Shown: positions 29,029-40,680 of the stretch, piece by piece
How positions within the stretch are numbered: the first letter of the stretch is position 1
Layout of the letters: each line of letters opens with the position of its first letter
IMG/VR virus record: IMGVR_UViG_3300034071_001673
Length of the DNA stretch: 64,000 nt
DNA from: an uncultured virus (IMG/VR IMGVR_UViG_3300034071_001673)
Lineage: Duplodnaviria > Heunggongvirae > Uroviricota > Caudoviricetes
Direction: 5' to 3' (one strand)
The notes under the pieces: model-generated
Databases searched by the model: none
Told to the model about the DNA's origin: nothing
Seen by the model: the letters and a program-made list of their open reading frames with translations, nothing else
Translations under genes and position numbers: made by a program

Positions 29029-31878
29029 TCAACCTGCAGGAGTTGCAATTGCTCTAAAGTTTGCGATATAAGGGATGACAGATGAACTGGCAGCAGTCAT
29101 CACGATCTTGATTGCATAGTATTTAAACTTCCCACCAAGCGGATAAGTCACGCCATTCTCAACATAAGAAACTCTATTTACATCAAGACTTGCACGATAT
29201 TCTAACTCGATGACCTGATTTTGATCCTTCGAGAAATTATCATTGACTTTTGACATACGTTGCCATTTTTTATTTTCGAATGGATCTGTATCGTCTCCAG
29301 ACTTGACCTTATAATAAACATTCACATCTGTGCCAACAGGGCGATTGCAATCCAAGTAAACTCGAATATCGCCAGCATCGAATCCGTCAGCAAGAGTAAT
29401 TGTTTTTGTTACATACTTCGCCTTACAGTTACCACCTGATGCTCCATTTTCACCAGCAACGACAGCTGTCGCATTATCTGTACTTCCGACCTCAGAAATT
29501 GTGATCGTAGGAGCAGTATAATACCCAGAGCCTGGTTCGTCAACTACAATCATCGCAATATTGGCAGAATATGAAGGGAATGTATTTGACACATACGAAG
29601 TTGCATTTACAAGAGCAGCAACATAAGCATTTGCAGTCACGCCGTCTGAACGATCAGGTGCAGAGAAAGTGATGGTGATATTGGACACATTTGAATGTCT
29701 ACCAAGATTTGTAAAGGTAATATCAGATGCAGAAATACCAGCATCATTGATAATATATTCAAAGGCAACCGCACTGATTCTTTCCATGTCAACCAATGGT
29801 GCAATGTTTTCATCAGTAGTTGACAAATCTGCCTTCACAAGTAGCGATTCATTATTACCTGCAATGATTCTTCTTCTGCGATTAGATGATTTTGTAGATG
29901 TCTCAAAATCTTCGCTGAAGTCAAAGATCTTTCCTGGTCTAACATTTTTCCAACCATCATCAAACGATCCATCGATGTTCGTTGTCTTAAACGCATAATT
30001 GATGCTTGTTGGCTTGAAATTATAATCTGTGCTGTGAATCAAAATAGAGTCAACATTAACATTAGATAGAATATTCTCTGGAACAAAGGTGATCGTATTT
30101 GATGTTGCACCACTCCAATTTGCATAACGAACACGGAACATCAAATCCTCGTTCGGGATTGGTGACCAATTTGATGCATTTTGCGCCTTGAAGAGATCTC
30201 CAATATATGGTTGCTCTGAGACTCTTCTTGCAGGAGTTGTTCCTAGAATTTCTCCACCAACTTCTGCAACAAACAATGCGTAGTCTGGTGAAGAAGTTGA
30301 CACTGTGATCGCATACTCTTTAGATGGCTTCACGATGACTGGTGGAGAGAATCTAAATGTTGTCACTGTTGTAATCTGAGATGAGTCTGGAATCAATGAG
30401 GTATTAATATCTTTTGCTTCGACGATGCTTTGACCAAGAACCTTCGTAGATGGAAGATCGTTTTCCACTTCATTGATCGTAACTTTTACAGGAAGCTGTA
30501 AATCACCACTGGTTGGTTTCTCAGCAAAGAACAAATCAATACCACTAATTTGCAGTACGTTAAATTCTGATGTGATGCCATCTGAGTGAGTATTTGATGA
30601 TGATGGAGTAAAGAATGTTTGAGAAAGTGGGAAGAACTTTCTATTATTCTTTAAAATGTCATTAGCATTAAGTGCAACTTCTTTCGAAGGCGCAATTGTG
30701 TCATATGCGACTCTTGCATAATCAGACATGAGACCCATATTACCCACTACAGAGTAATAGTTAAATGCTCTCATCTTATAATCTGTACTGTCGCTAGATG
30801 CAGCGTCAGTGATCGTAAGAAGTCTCTTGCCAGCTGAGAAATACGCATCAGAAACTTCTGGAATATGGAACAAACCAGCAAGAACACCAAAATCATCAAC
30901 TTCATGCTTTCCATAAGAATATTTGGAGTTGGATGTTACTGACACTGCAGCATTCAATGTGACCATAAATCCATTTGAAGAAACGCTATTGATTGTTCTT
31001 TCAGAAGCAATACCAGCTCCTGAGGCAATTCTAAGTGTCTCACCAACAGCAGGAGCAACATTTCCAGATAGATGAATCTCAGTTGTGCTATTGCTGCTTG
31101 CATACGACACTACACCAGAGTAATGATTATGCGAAGCAACGTTTGCTGTTTTTGTAATATCTCGCTTACTATAGATTGTTGATCCTGCTGGGAAATTGTT
31201 GCCTGCTGTTTGAACTGCAGCAACATTCACTCTCTTTGAGTTATCGTCTCTAAAGAAAATTACTGAATTGGCTGAGAATTTTCTAAATGATCCAGCAATA
31301 GGCTTGATTACAAGATAGGCATGTTGATTGGTTGTTCTTTCGTAACGCTCAACAGTTCCAGCAAAAGTAATTGGACCAGAATAATTGTTAGATGATGTTT
31401 GATAGATGACGTCATCTTCATAAACCACAGTTAAATTAACTCCTGTGGTTGTACTCAATGAGTTAGATCCATATGGAGCAATATTCACATTAATAAAGTT
31501 TTCATTAACATAAACGAAGTTATTCGAAGATGTTAGAACTTTTGCGTACGCATTAGTTGTTGAATTGATAATTTCTTCATCTTGAAAGAACGGCACTGAC
31601 ATATTCGTCACAGTCAGTTTGTTCGCCTTTTGCGTAAAGCGATTTACGTTGACCTTATCGAAGAAAATATTTGCATTAGCGTCTGGACATAAACCATTTG
31701 AAACAAATGTGATTTCTTGATTTCGCATGAAGCGAGTATACTGGGCTCTTTGCGACTCATTGTCTTGAAATGACGTTTGCATGTCATCGTTAACGAACCC
31801 GAGTGTTCTTTGTAGCCCAACGTCCTCGTACTGGCGTCGAATAGAAGGCTCAAAAATTGTTCTTGGTATATATCCCAT
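29029..31878 (-). CDS. Virion structural protein, C-terminal part of a DUF4815/VrlC-like protein
   Basis: PLSQTF, IDLFF..K, LFKAQNAS.W...EDL.F, KYVTK.ITL and YAIKIVM motifs. Confidence 0.65.
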   Translation of the reverse strand: MGYIPRTIFEPSIRRQYEDVGLQRTLGFVNDDMQTSFQDNESQRAQYTRFMRNQEITFVSNGLCPDANANIFFDKVNVNRFTQKANKLTVTNMSVPFFQDEEIINSTTNAYAKVLTSSNNFVYVNENFINVNIAPYGSNSLSTTTGVNLTVVYEDDVIYQTSSNNYSGPITFAGTVERYERTTNQHAYLVIKPIAGSFRKFSANSVIFFRDDNSKRVNVAAVQTAGNNFPAGSTIYSKRDITKTANVASHNHYSGVVSYASSNSTTEIHLSGNVAPAVGETLRIASGAGIASERTINSVSSNGFMVTLNAAVSVTSNSKYSYGKHEVDDFGVLAGLFHIPEVSDAYFSAGKRLLTITDAASSDSTDYKMRAFNYYSVVGNMGLMSDYARVAYDTIAPSKEVALNANDILKNNRKFFPLSQTFFTPSSSNTHSDGITSEFNVLQISGIDLFFAEKPTSGDLQLPVKVTINEVENDLPSTKVLGQSIVEAKDINTSLIPDSSQITTVTTFRFSPPVIVKPSKEYAITVSTSSPDYALFVAEVGGEILGTTPARRVSEQPYIGDLFKAQNASNWSPIPNEDLMFRVRYANWSGATSNTITFVPENILSNVNVDSILIHSTDYNFKPTSINYAFKTTNIDGSFDDGWKNVRPGKIFDFSEDFETSTKSSNRRRRIIAGNNESLLVKADLSTTDENIAPLVDMERISAVAFEYIINDAGISASDITFTNLGRHSNVSNITITFSAPDRSDGVTANAYVAALVNATSYVSNTFPSYSANIAMIVVDEPGSGYYTAPTITISEVGSTDNATAVVAGENGASGGNCKAKYVTKTITLADGFDAGDIRVYLDCNRPVGTDVNVYYKVKSGDDTDPFENKKWQRMSKVNDNFSKDQNQVIELEYRASLDVNRVSYVENGVTYPLGGKFKYYAIKIVMTAASSSVIPYIANFRAIATPAG

Positions 31879-31893
31879 AATTGGTATCCCTAA

Positions 31894-34800
31894 TTAATGT
31901 AATGCTATTCTATCTTCATAAACAAGATCTCTCAACATTCCGCCACCGCCGATGGAGATTTCTGGATCGGTACTAACTGGTGCAGCATACCAGGTATCAA
32001 CAGTTGATACGATTGGAGCCAAGCCCGTAATATCCGCTGGAATAGGATCTAGTGGAGGTGGCACAAAATCGATTAATGAAATCGTTCCCACTCCGTCAAT
32101 GTAGATTGGTGGCGGAGTTGGTGGAGACACTGGAGCTGGTGGTTGTGGAAGTACCAAAACCTGACCAATCGTTGCTGGATCTGGATATGGAACTGGATCC
32201 ATCACAATTTGTGGATATGCTGTTGGTGGATCCACTGTTTGAGTTGGAATCAAGTATGCTGGAGGTGCTACAGGCTCAAAGACGATAGCTGGAACTGGTA
32301 CTGCTGGCGGCAATACTGGTTCAACTCGAGTATCAAGAACTGGAGAGTAAACATCAATAACAGGTGGTGGTTCCACAAATTTCACTGGAGGATCACATTT
32401 AATAAGTTCTGGAACATAATGTATTGATGGTGGTGGAACAATTTCTGTATCTGAATTGAGCACAGGTGGAAGCATCACAGAATAGTAATGATCCGTTGAT
32501 GGGAACAAATGCACATCACCCTCAAACTTACCAGCAAGAACTGGTGGAATGATTGCAGTGTTTTTTGTTGCCGCTGTTTGAGCATTAATAATCTTTTCTG
32601 TTCCAGGAATTGTCCACATGACTTTCTTAGGCATGGTTGGATAATCTGGCGTTGTGTATGTCTTAGATTGTGGAACTAAATTAATATTAGTTGTTTTAGC
32701 ATATGGTTTTAATTTACCACCATCAATAGAGCACACAAAGTCTCCACTGGTGCTATCACCAACTTTAAACCCTGTAAAGTTGTCTACAATAATGCCATAC
32801 TTCTCTTTCTGCGTTGCGTTGTCTTCATATAGAATTGCAGAGTCTTTAGCCTTTGTTTCAGCTAAAGTAAGTGCAGAATAGTATTCAACGTTTCTGATTC
32901 GCTGTTCAAGTTTACCAATGTCACGCATTGTATATCTCTTATGATCAAGAGCTCTTGCTGTGACATGAGTATGTGAACTTGTGTAGGCTGGAATATCCAT
33001 CGTAAACAAAGTCATAGCATCACTTTGATCTGGCGGATACTTTGGATCTTTATTCGGAATACCGCTGACAACCTTCAATTCTTTTGACGACGTCAATACA
33101 ATCTTATCTCTTCTTGGGAGATAGTATTCATAAGTCAATTCCATTGGCTCATATGGTAATGGAATTCTTGCGCCGAAGAATGTGTTGGCTGTTGTTCCGA
33201 GTGTTCTCGTTGGACGGAAATCAATACAATCTCTAAGAACGTATTCAACACCATCACCAGATTTAAAGATACCGATTTGACCGTTCGAATACTGTGTCTC
33301 TGGATAAGAATCAACGCTGAAGTATCCAGTTGTTGTGGCGTGTTGATAGTATTCAACAAAGACCACTGTCTGACCACTTGGGGCTGTTCTTCCTGGCTTG
33401 AGGACTAACTTAGAATGATCATAGTATTCTGCTGTTTGTCCAGTATCAAGCATAAAGTTATTTGTCACATCAATTGCATTTGTCGTGTTCGGCATGTATG
33501 CAGGATTTCCAGAAGTATAAACCTTAATAAGTTTATAAACGTCTGGAATATAGAGTGATGTGTTGCCACCAGAAGTTTTATTAATTGTACTCGCTGGATC
33601 TGTGAACCAAATACGACCATTTGAAGAGTCAATATAAACTGAAGTGCATCCAGTAACTGTAGTGTGTGGCGTGTAACTATCTGTTGCCAACAGTGTTGTA
33701 TTTGCAACGTTGCCAACTCTTGTCTTACTACGAACATTGTTTCCGCTGTTCTCAGAATTTTCCATCTTGACTCTGACATAGATGTCAGCAGTGAAAGATC
33801 CATTGATTCCAGAGGTGATACTTAACCCTGTTGATGACGTTCTTGTAACACTTGATGGTGTAAAGATTTGTCCATTTGCAACTGGAGTAGAGTTTCCGCT
33901 ATATGCCGTTGCAGTCCCAAGAGTTTTAATTACAAAGATGAAATTTTGACCAAGTAGTGTGGAAGAAATCGTGCTGCCGTCAGATCCAAAATCGAGCACT
34001 TCATTACCAGTCAAAGTGAGCGTTGAAACACCACTTGAATTAAATGATTGCGCTTCGAAGAATCGATTTGTCACATAATCAGCATTGTCAATTGAACCAC
34101 GCTCAATTTGAACATCTGGGAATTTGAATAATAAAGTTTTTCTATTTGAGTCGTAAACAATAGTTCGACCAGTGACGTCTTTACTATTATTCGAAACATT
34201 CATTGAAACATTGAATGCTGTTTTGGCTGCATTTGCTTGAATAAGAGAATCAATATCTCGAGTGCTGTATAGAAGCGAGAATGTTTGACCAGATCCAATC
34301 AATCCAGTAAATGGAACATCAACAACACCAACTCTTGTTGTTGAGTTGTAATCAACAATACGACGAACATCGCCAGAAGATGCACCAGAAGTAATTCTTA
34401 CTGAGACATTTTGGTATGCATTAGCGATGTTTGCATAGTTGACTGGGAAATTGATTGCAAGAGTATTTGCACCAGTCGTTCCAGCAGTAACGGTGTTCGA
34501 TGTTAATTGCATATCGCTCAAGTAAACAATAAATTCTTCTCCAGAATTTCGAGTGATATGCTTTAATTTTGCGCTACCCATAAAGGTTGCGTTGTAAGTA
34601 ATAGCATTTGTCAAATTGACACTGTTCTTTGGAACGCAGTGCAACTCGAGTGTTGGTAGATTTGCTGAATTTAAGAATCCGCTAGTATTTGATGCTAAGA
34701 TTGAATTTGCATACAAATAGTTGCCATATTCTAAAGACAGATCATAGTCTGTTGAGATTTGAGTTGTGCGTGCTTTCGGAATCGTAAGTCTTTGTGGACC

Positions 34801-35802
34801 GATTGCCTCATACTCAAATCCTTTTACATATGCTTTTCCTGGAGCGACAACAGCAATGAAACTATCGGTGTTGCCAGCTGCAGTTGATGTATTTGCTTCA
34901 AACGCGACTTTAAATGGGCTTACTGTATAATCGCCAGACTCATCGTAAGTGCGACGAGCAAGTGTCTTTTCAAGTTCAGAGTAAATTGGATACTTGACTT
35001 GTTTTGTAATGACACCATTTTCGATGCGCAATAGTTCGAAGAACTTCGTGTCATCAACTGAATCTAATGCTCTTTTTGCAAGATCCAAAGAGAATTGGTA
35101 TCGATGCGCACCAGGAGCTTGGTAGTTGAATGATTGTTGAGCAGGATCGAGGAGATTTGCATCAGCACTTTCGTCAATAATTGTTTCGACGATTTCAAGT
35201 CCGACTTTATATGACGGAGTGCTTGCATATGGATCTAAAACGATTGATTGCTGTGGAACCTGAACAAAGTATCCGTCAACATAGAACACACCAGGTTGAA
35301 TCGTTGCAACTGATCCAATTCCTGTTGCGCTTGAAGCCAATAGTTTTGCTTCGTTACCGCCTGATTCTGCGTTCGAAATAACTTCGTTGTCGATAAATCG
35401 AGTGCCTCTCAAATACTTAACCATTAGTGTTGGATAAGTTTGAGTATCGTCTGTGGCAATTACTCTTGCTCTAGCCTTTGATGTACCAGCAATGTTGCGA
35501 ATAACAGCGTTCTCATAATCTTCCACGTCGACGTCAGCACCGTTATAAGCAGTTTGCAATTTAATGTAAGGAACATTTAGATCATAAGTGATGTGACCGC
35601 CAAAAACTGGAGATCCATTCTTAAAAATGTGGTCACCGAATTGTTTAATCTGATTCTGAATAATGCTCTGAATTTGAGTTAATTCGCGAGCCTGTACAGC
35701 ATACCCAGGACGAAACAAGATACGAACATAGTTCTGTTCCTTGGCTCCGTTCGAAGCATTAAAATCGTCATAAAATGGTTCTACATTAAAATCTATTGCC
35801 AT
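31894..35802 (-). CDS. Virion structural protein, DUF4815/VrlC-like N-terminal part, with Pro-rich tail
   Basis: PFYDDF...ILFRPGYAVQARELTQIQS, LARRTYDESGDY and KRYTMRDIGKLEQRI motifs. Confidence 0.75.
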   Translation of the reverse strand: MAIDFNVEPFYDDFNASNGAKEQNYVRILFRPGYAVQARELTQIQSIIQNQIKQFGDHIFKNGSPVFGGHITYDLNVPYIKLQTAYNGADVDVEDYENAVIRNIAGTSKARARVIATDDTQTYPTLMVKYLRGTRFIDNEVISNAESGGNEAKLLASSATGIGSVATIQPGVFYVDGYFVQVPQQSIVLDPYASTPSYKVGLEIVETIIDESADANLLDPAQQSFNYQAPGAHRYQFSLDLAKRALDSVDDTKFFELLRIENGVITKQVKYPIYSELEKTLARRTYDESGDYTVSPFKVAFEANTSTAAGNTDSFIAVVAPGKAYVKGFEYEAIGPQRLTIPKARTTQISTDYDLSLEYGNYLYANSILASNTSGFLNSANLPTLELHCVPKNSVNLTNAITYNATFMGSAKLKHITRNSGEEFIVYLSDMQLTSNTVTAGTTGANTLAINFPVNYANIANAYQNVSVRITSGASSGDVRRIVDYNSTTRVGVVDVPFTGLIGSGQTFSLLYSTRDIDSLIQANAAKTAFNVSMNVSNNSKDVTGRTIVYDSNRKTLLFKFPDVQIERGSIDNADYVTNRFFEAQSFNSSGVSTLTLTGNEVLDFGSDGSTISSTLLGQNFIFVIKTLGTATAYSGNSTPVANGQIFTPSSVTRTSSTGLSITSGINGSFTADIYVRVKMENSENSGNNVRSKTRVGNVANTTLLATDSYTPHTTVTGCTSVYIDSSNGRIWFTDPASTINKTSGGNTSLYIPDVYKLIKVYTSGNPAYMPNTTNAIDVTNNFMLDTGQTAEYYDHSKLVLKPGRTAPSGQTVVFVEYYQHATTTGYFSVDSYPETQYSNGQIGIFKSGDGVEYVLRDCIDFRPTRTLGTTANTFFGARIPLPYEPMELTYEYYLPRRDKIVLTSSKELKVVSGIPNKDPKYPPDQSDAMTLFTMDIPAYTSSHTHVTARALDHKRYTMRDIGKLEQRIRNVEYYSALTLAETKAKDSAILYEDNATQKEKYGIIVDNFTGFKVGDSTSGDFVCSIDGGKLKPYAKTTNINLVPQSKTYTTPDYPTMPKKVMWTIPGTEKIINAQTAATKNTAIIPPVLAGKFEGDVHLFPSTDHYYSVMLPPVLNSDTEIVPPPSIHYVPELIKCDPPVKFVEPPPVIDVYSPVLDTRVEPVLPPAVPVPAIVFEPVAPPAYLIPTQTVDPPTAYPQIVMDPVPYPDPATIGQVLVLPQPPAPVSPPTPPPIYIDGVGTISLIDFVPPPLDPIPADITGLAPIVSTVDTWYAAPVSTDPEISIGGGGMLRDLVYEDRIALH

Positions 35803-35813
35803 GAGTTATATTC

Positions 35814-37226
35814 CTAAAACCTTAATACAATTTTAAATTGCTGGTGTTCTGTTGGATCTCGAGTAATATATGCACTATTCTGAACGTAGAGCAATTGTCC
35901 AGAATACAATTTAACCGTAGTTCCTTCTAGTGCAGTCACAGTTGCTGTTGCTCCAGAATTTGCTCCAGTAATTGAGAACGAGTTGCTCACATTGATATTT
36001 GCAGTGTTTACGATATTATTCACAAATATTGCAGAGTTAGCACCGTCAAAATGATCAACGACAGCAGTTAGATTCGCATTTGCCAAAGTAGACCCAGAGT
36101 AAACAATCTCTCTATTTTGGAAACTTCCGACCTGACTTGCTAAGAAATATTTAGTTGTCGTTCTATAAACCGTTCCTGTCGCTACAGTATTTGAGGTGAG
36201 TTGAGGATTCTTCAGAACAGAGATTTGTCTATATCTATTCTGACCACCTGAAACTGCAGGAAGAGTTTCGTTCTCATTTCCCTCAATTGTTGCGCTGATC
36301 ATGAGAGCAGAAGCTCCGAGTTCGCTTGCGACGTTAGATCCATGTCCACCTGGAGGACCGATAATTGCGATTAGATTCGCGTTTGCAGTTCCAGGAGTCT
36401 TGTTTGGGTCGATAAGAGAAATAGATGCTCTGGTGTAGTTGTTACCACCAGAGATGACGGTATATCCTGTGATATTTCCACCGTTTGCAGCGGTTGAAAA
36501 GACATTTACACGAATATTGGCGTCTGTTCCGTCGCCATTTACAGTTACGATGTTTAGGAAGTTGTTGTTATTATTTGCGTTAAATCCAGCGCCACTTGTA
36601 ATAATCTTAAGAATATCAAGTCGACCGTTATCAGCACTTCCAGCCACGTTACTCTCAACATAGATTGGCATATAATCGTTCGTAAAAAACTTCTTCTTCA
36701 ATCCATATGGAATCGTGTACATATATTTCCACTTATATCCATCGGAAGTTTCAATATATGGGTTCTCAGGGAGCTGGCCACCAAGATCAATGTCTGGCAT
36801 AATCGTGGAGGCAATGTTTCCGTTATTAAACAAACACTTGAACACCTGATCTTTCGTATTTCTTGCATAGAACTTATTATCATATGCGATGTTTGCTGTG
36901 TTGGCTTTTGCGAATAGATTTAGATCTTGTGTGTACTCAACGTATGTTGTTCCGTTAGACCAGTCAACACGAGGAACAACTAGATTCATATCGGCTGAAG
37001 TGATTCTCTTCATACCGATCATATCGTTCCAGAGATTGTAGAACGCATTTGACGATTCAACTGGACTTGGAACAGTGATGTCATCTAGAATAGATGAGTT
37101 TGAAGTGTTCGCCCATTCTTGTGGACGACCAATTGTTATGTACAAATAAGCATAGTTACTTGCAATAAAATTCTCAAAGCAAGTTGCTGCAAACGTTCCA
37201 AAGTTTCGAGTGAATAGTGATGACAT
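35814..37226 (-). CDS. gp8: Baseplate wedge subunit gp8-like
   Basis: VPRVDW, VFKCLFN, ETSDGYKWKYMYTI and PPGGHG motifs, plus synteny. Confidence 0.8.
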   Translation of the reverse strand: MSSLFTRNFGTFAATCFENFIASNYAYLYITIGRPQEWANTSNSSILDDITVPSPVESSNAFYNLWNDMIGMKRITSADMNLVVPRVDWSNGTTYVEYTQDLNLFAKANTANIAYDNKFYARNTKDQVFKCLFNNGNIASTIMPDIDLGGQLPENPYIETSDGYKWKYMYTIPYGLKKKFFTNDYMPIYVESNVAGSADNGRLDILKIITSGAGFNANNNNNFLNIVTVNGDGTDANIRVNVFSTAANGGNITGYTVISGGNNYTRASISLIDPNKTPGTANANLIAIIGPPGGHGSNVASELGASALMISATIEGNENETLPAVSGGQNRYRQISVLKNPQLTSNTVATGTVYRTTTKYFLASQVGSFQNREIVYSGSTLANANLTAVVDHFDGANSAIFVNNIVNTANINVSNSFSITGANSGATATVTALEGTTVKLYSGQLLYVQNSAYITRDPTEHQQFKIVLRF

Positions 37227-37235
37227 ATTAGGTCC

Positions 37236-40200
37236 TCATGTCGTCCTTACGATCTCATATGCGACATTACTGAATGACGGAACAACATAGTATACAATGG
37301 CTGGCACATTTGGATTTCCATAGTTTCTTGGATTTGATGTGTCGATCGTAAGGTTTGTTGTATTAGTGATTCCAGTATTGCTATTCAATGTGATCGCATT
37401 ACCAGAAATGCTATTAATTGTTTTCGTGAGTAAGTTTCCATCAACACTGATCATAATTCGATCGCCAGTCGATATAAATCGAGCGATCGGATTCGTATTT
37501 CCAGCAATTTGAACAACTGCATTTCCGCTGTTGATTTTCGCCTTACCTTCTCCCACAAGAATGCAAGGACTTTCAATATTTAGTGAGTAATTATTAGAGA
37601 TTCCAGTAATAATCTTGGAGAATGCGCGGAAGGTGTTTGCAGAATTAATGACAATGATATCATTCACATTTGCAACAGTGTCAAACGTTCCGTCTCCACT
37701 GATCACGTTATTCGATTCAAATGCAACAGAGCAATTATCGATTAAATTGTTCGTTGTTAGTACAACTTCATGAGCACTAATATCTGATTCAAATTCTAGA
37801 TTATAATCTTCTGGGATGACGTGCGTTGGAAGCAGTCTAGTTCCTGCAGGGTGAGCCACATCTAGAATGGTTTTCTTGTATGTGTCAAAACTTTCTTCAG
37901 AAACAAGTTCATATGAGAAGTTGTGATACCTTTCTTTATCCTGAAGTCTCTTATCAGAACTGATAAATCCGTCACTGTTTAGATAATATCCGTTGTATCG
38001 GATCAGTCCTTGCAAGAATTCTGCATTCGCTTTCGCTTTCGCATTTCCGTATGTTTTTGGATAACTTACTCCATTAAACACGGTAGCCGTAACATTAATT
38101 CCAGTATTGTGAACATTCACAAGGTTTCCAGTGATATTTGCTCTTGTTACAACCAACTGTCCATTTGCTGGTGCGCCAGAGTAGTTATAAACGCGAAGGA
38201 AATTATTTGATCCCCATTGCCCGTCAACAATTCCCGTGAATGTCTTGGCGCTTGGCGTTCCTTGATACACAACATCATTTTCGAGAATCTCGGCAACATT
38301 CGTTGTGTTGCTTGATGGATCAAGATAGAGATCGTAAATCTTAAGGGAAACGTTTGGTGTTGAGATATATCCTGCGCCGCGACTTGTAAGTTTAAAGTCG
38401 ATAATTTCTCCGAGAGTCGTCGCAGTTGGAGTGATGTCTTCACCATCACCTAACAAATATGCTTTTAAAATTGCACCAGTTCCAGATCCATTTACTGTAA
38501 CATTAGGAGCAATAGGATATCCCTCACCGCGATTTGTCAATTCAATAGCCGTGATGAATCCACCACTCACTGCAGAAACGCGACCAGCAGCACCAACTCC
38601 AGTTCCAGTGAAATTTAATACATCGTTGACTGCATAACCAGTTCCACCATTGATGACCTCAACGTTGGCAAGAATTCCCATCCCGAGAATGATTGGACGA
38701 TTATCCATTCTAATGGTTTTTGTCAAGATGTTTATCTGATTAATATTCGTCTCAAACTGTCTATCTAAGAAAGCAGTTTTCGAAGCACCATCATAATCAA
38801 TGATGGTTCTATATTGACTTTCAAGAAGCAATCTTCTTCCGTTATACCAGTCATCAGTTGTTGAGAATCCAGAACCACTTAATTTGATTGAAGCATTTAC
38901 TGGATTGTACGTGCTGAAACTTCCTGGATTAATCGTAATAAATCCATCAGATGAATAGTCTGTTTCATACGTTGCAACTACATTTAATGACGCTGGTGGT
39001 TCGCTATCGAAATCTGCACCACCAGAAATAATTGCTGTAGTCAATATTGGATTGACATTAAATGTTTCAAACGCAAGTGAATTGTATAGTTTCGTATCGC
39101 CAAGAGAATTGATTTGAACTAGACTTGTTACATCTGGTGTGGTTGTGAGAATTGAATTTGCATTCAATTTCTTATTCGTTGCGCTACCCGAGAAAGCAGA
39201 AGTCACTGTTAAGTGATTCGCATTTGTGACAACATCAATCACTCTTTCTTCACCGTTAATTTCAATGGTCTTTCCAGAGTACAGGTAATTATAAAATCCT
39301 GGTGTGCCACCAATAAAATTGGTGAGATTTGGATATGTTGTATTGCCAACAACCTCAACACCAGAAATATTCACAGTGCCTTCGATTGGAGTGTTTGCAT
39401 TCAGAATAGCCATGGTGTTTGAACCATAGTAGTCTGAGATTACAACAGTATTGATATTTGCTCCAAATCCATTTGATGCTGTTCCAGAAAGAATTCGAAG
39501 TATCGTACTATTATAATAGTCGTTTGTGGAACTTACTGTTGGAGCATTCGCAATGTTGACAGTTGTTTGCGTTGTTCCAGCTGGCGTGACCAAGAACGTT
39601 GTATCTGGATTTGTGTTTGGTAAATCGTATGCAACGTTCAATGTCAAGTTAGCAGAAAGAAGAATAGCATCTAATCCCCAGCTGAGTTGTATGTTAGCAT
39701 TTGGCGATGTTGTGTCAATGACGCTGACAACAATGTTACCACCAGAACCGTTTCCTGTACCATCATAAACGCCAGACGATGTATTTTTAGTGATAATATC
39801 AACGTAACTATTCGGAGCGATTCTAAAACCATAACCTCTTCGAACAATGGTTGTTGAGTCAATACTTGCGCTCGTTACGTTATTAACATATGCAACTGCT
39901 TTTTGTCTTGATGTGAGACCAGGATCCAATCCACCGTAAATTACGACAGGATCGCCAGTAACATATCTTCTGCCTCTCTTTCGAGGATTAATACGAACAT
40001 TTGACAAACTGCCGATAATCGTTTCAGTGAAAACTAATTTTGTTCCATTAGTATCAACATATTCAATATCTAATGTCTCACCGTTTACGAATGGTCTTGT
40101 AACGCCAGAAACATAAGCCTCATAAATTTCAGTATTTGTGCCAGCATCATATGATCTATAAACTCTTTCAATGATGCAAGTTGCGCGAGATATTGTGCCA

Positions 40201-40679
40201 ATACCTTTTCTATTTTTCAATGCATTCAAATCAACTGATTGGTTGCCAGGAGATATTGTTAGTCGGAATGCTTGAGGTAATACCCACTTACCGTCAGATG
40301 CTCTAAAAATCTGAAGTTTTGGGAAAAAGATTTCTAGATCTTTATCATATAAAACATGGAATAGAAACTTAAAAGAGTCAGGAGTTCCTTTTTTAGCATA
40401 GAAATCTCTTGCACTTTTAATAATTCTTTCTGTGCTTAATTGAGATTCTTCTGGAAATGAAGGAAGAACTTTTGTTCTGAAATAAGAAAGCAAACTCTCA
40501 CGAGTTAAATCAACATCATGATTTTGTTGGAATAACTTAATTTCATAAGTAGGATTTCCAGGTTGCTCTAAGAACTCATAATATTTTTGTAGAAACTCAA
40601 CAAATGTGGGAAACTCTGAGCGAATAAACTCAGGAAGTTGAGACTCAATTAACGTTGATACTTTATTCAATGTCGACAT
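37236..40679 (-). CDS. gp7: Baseplate wedge initiator gp7-like
   Basis: SQLPEFIR, FY..KGT..SFKFLF, YHNFSYEL...HPAG motifs. Lies between gp6 and gp8. Confidence 0.7.
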   Translation of the reverse strand: MSTLNKVSTLIESQLPEFIRSEFPTFVEFLQKYYEFLEQPGNPTYEIKLFQQNHDVDLTRESLLSYFRTKVLPSFPEESQLSTERIIKSARDFYAKKGTPDSFKFLFHVLYDKDLEIFFPKLQIFRASDGKWVLPQAFRLTISPGNQSVDLNALKNRKGIGTISRATCIIERVYRSYDAGTNTEIYEAYVSGVTRPFVNGETLDIEYVDTNGTKLVFTETIIGSLSNVRINPRKRGRRYVTGDPVVIYGGLDPGLTSRQKAVAYVNNVTSASIDSTTIVRRGYGFRIAPNSYVDIITKNTSSGVYDGTGNGSGGNIVVSVIDTTSPNANIQLSWGLDAILLSANLTLNVAYDLPNTNPDTTFLVTPAGTTQTTVNIANAPTVSSTNDYYNSTILRILSGTASNGFGANINTVVISDYYGSNTMAILNANTPIEGTVNISGVEVVGNTTYPNLTNFIGGTPGFYNYLYSGKTIEINGEERVIDVVTNANHLTVTSAFSGSATNKKLNANSILTTTPDVTSLVQINSLGDTKLYNSLAFETFNVNPILTTAIISGGADFDSEPPASLNVVATYETDYSSDGFITINPGSFSTYNPVNASIKLSGSGFSTTDDWYNGRRLLLESQYRTIIDYDGASKTAFLDRQFETNINQINILTKTIRMDNRPIILGMGILANVEVINGGTGYAVNDVLNFTGTGVGAAGRVSAVSGGFITAIELTNRGEGYPIAPNVTVNGSGTGAILKAYLLGDGEDITPTATTLGEIIDFKLTSRGAGYISTPNVSLKIYDLYLDPSSNTTNVAEILENDVVYQGTPSAKTFTGIVDGQWGSNNFLRVYNYSGAPANGQLVVTRANITGNLVNVHNTGINVTATVFNGVSYPKTYGNAKAKANAEFLQGLIRYNGYYLNSDGFISSDKRLQDKERYHNFSYELVSEESFDTYKKTILDVAHPAGTRLLPTHVIPEDYNLEFESDISAHEVVLTTNNLIDNCSVAFESNNVISGDGTFDTVANVNDIIVINSANTFRAFSKIITGISNNYSLNIESPCILVGEGKAKINSGNAVVQIAGNTNPIARFISTGDRIMISVDGNLLTKTINSISGNAITLNSNTGITNTTNLTIDTSNPRNYGNPNVPAIVYYVVPSFSNVAYEIVRTT

Positions 40680-40680
40680 A

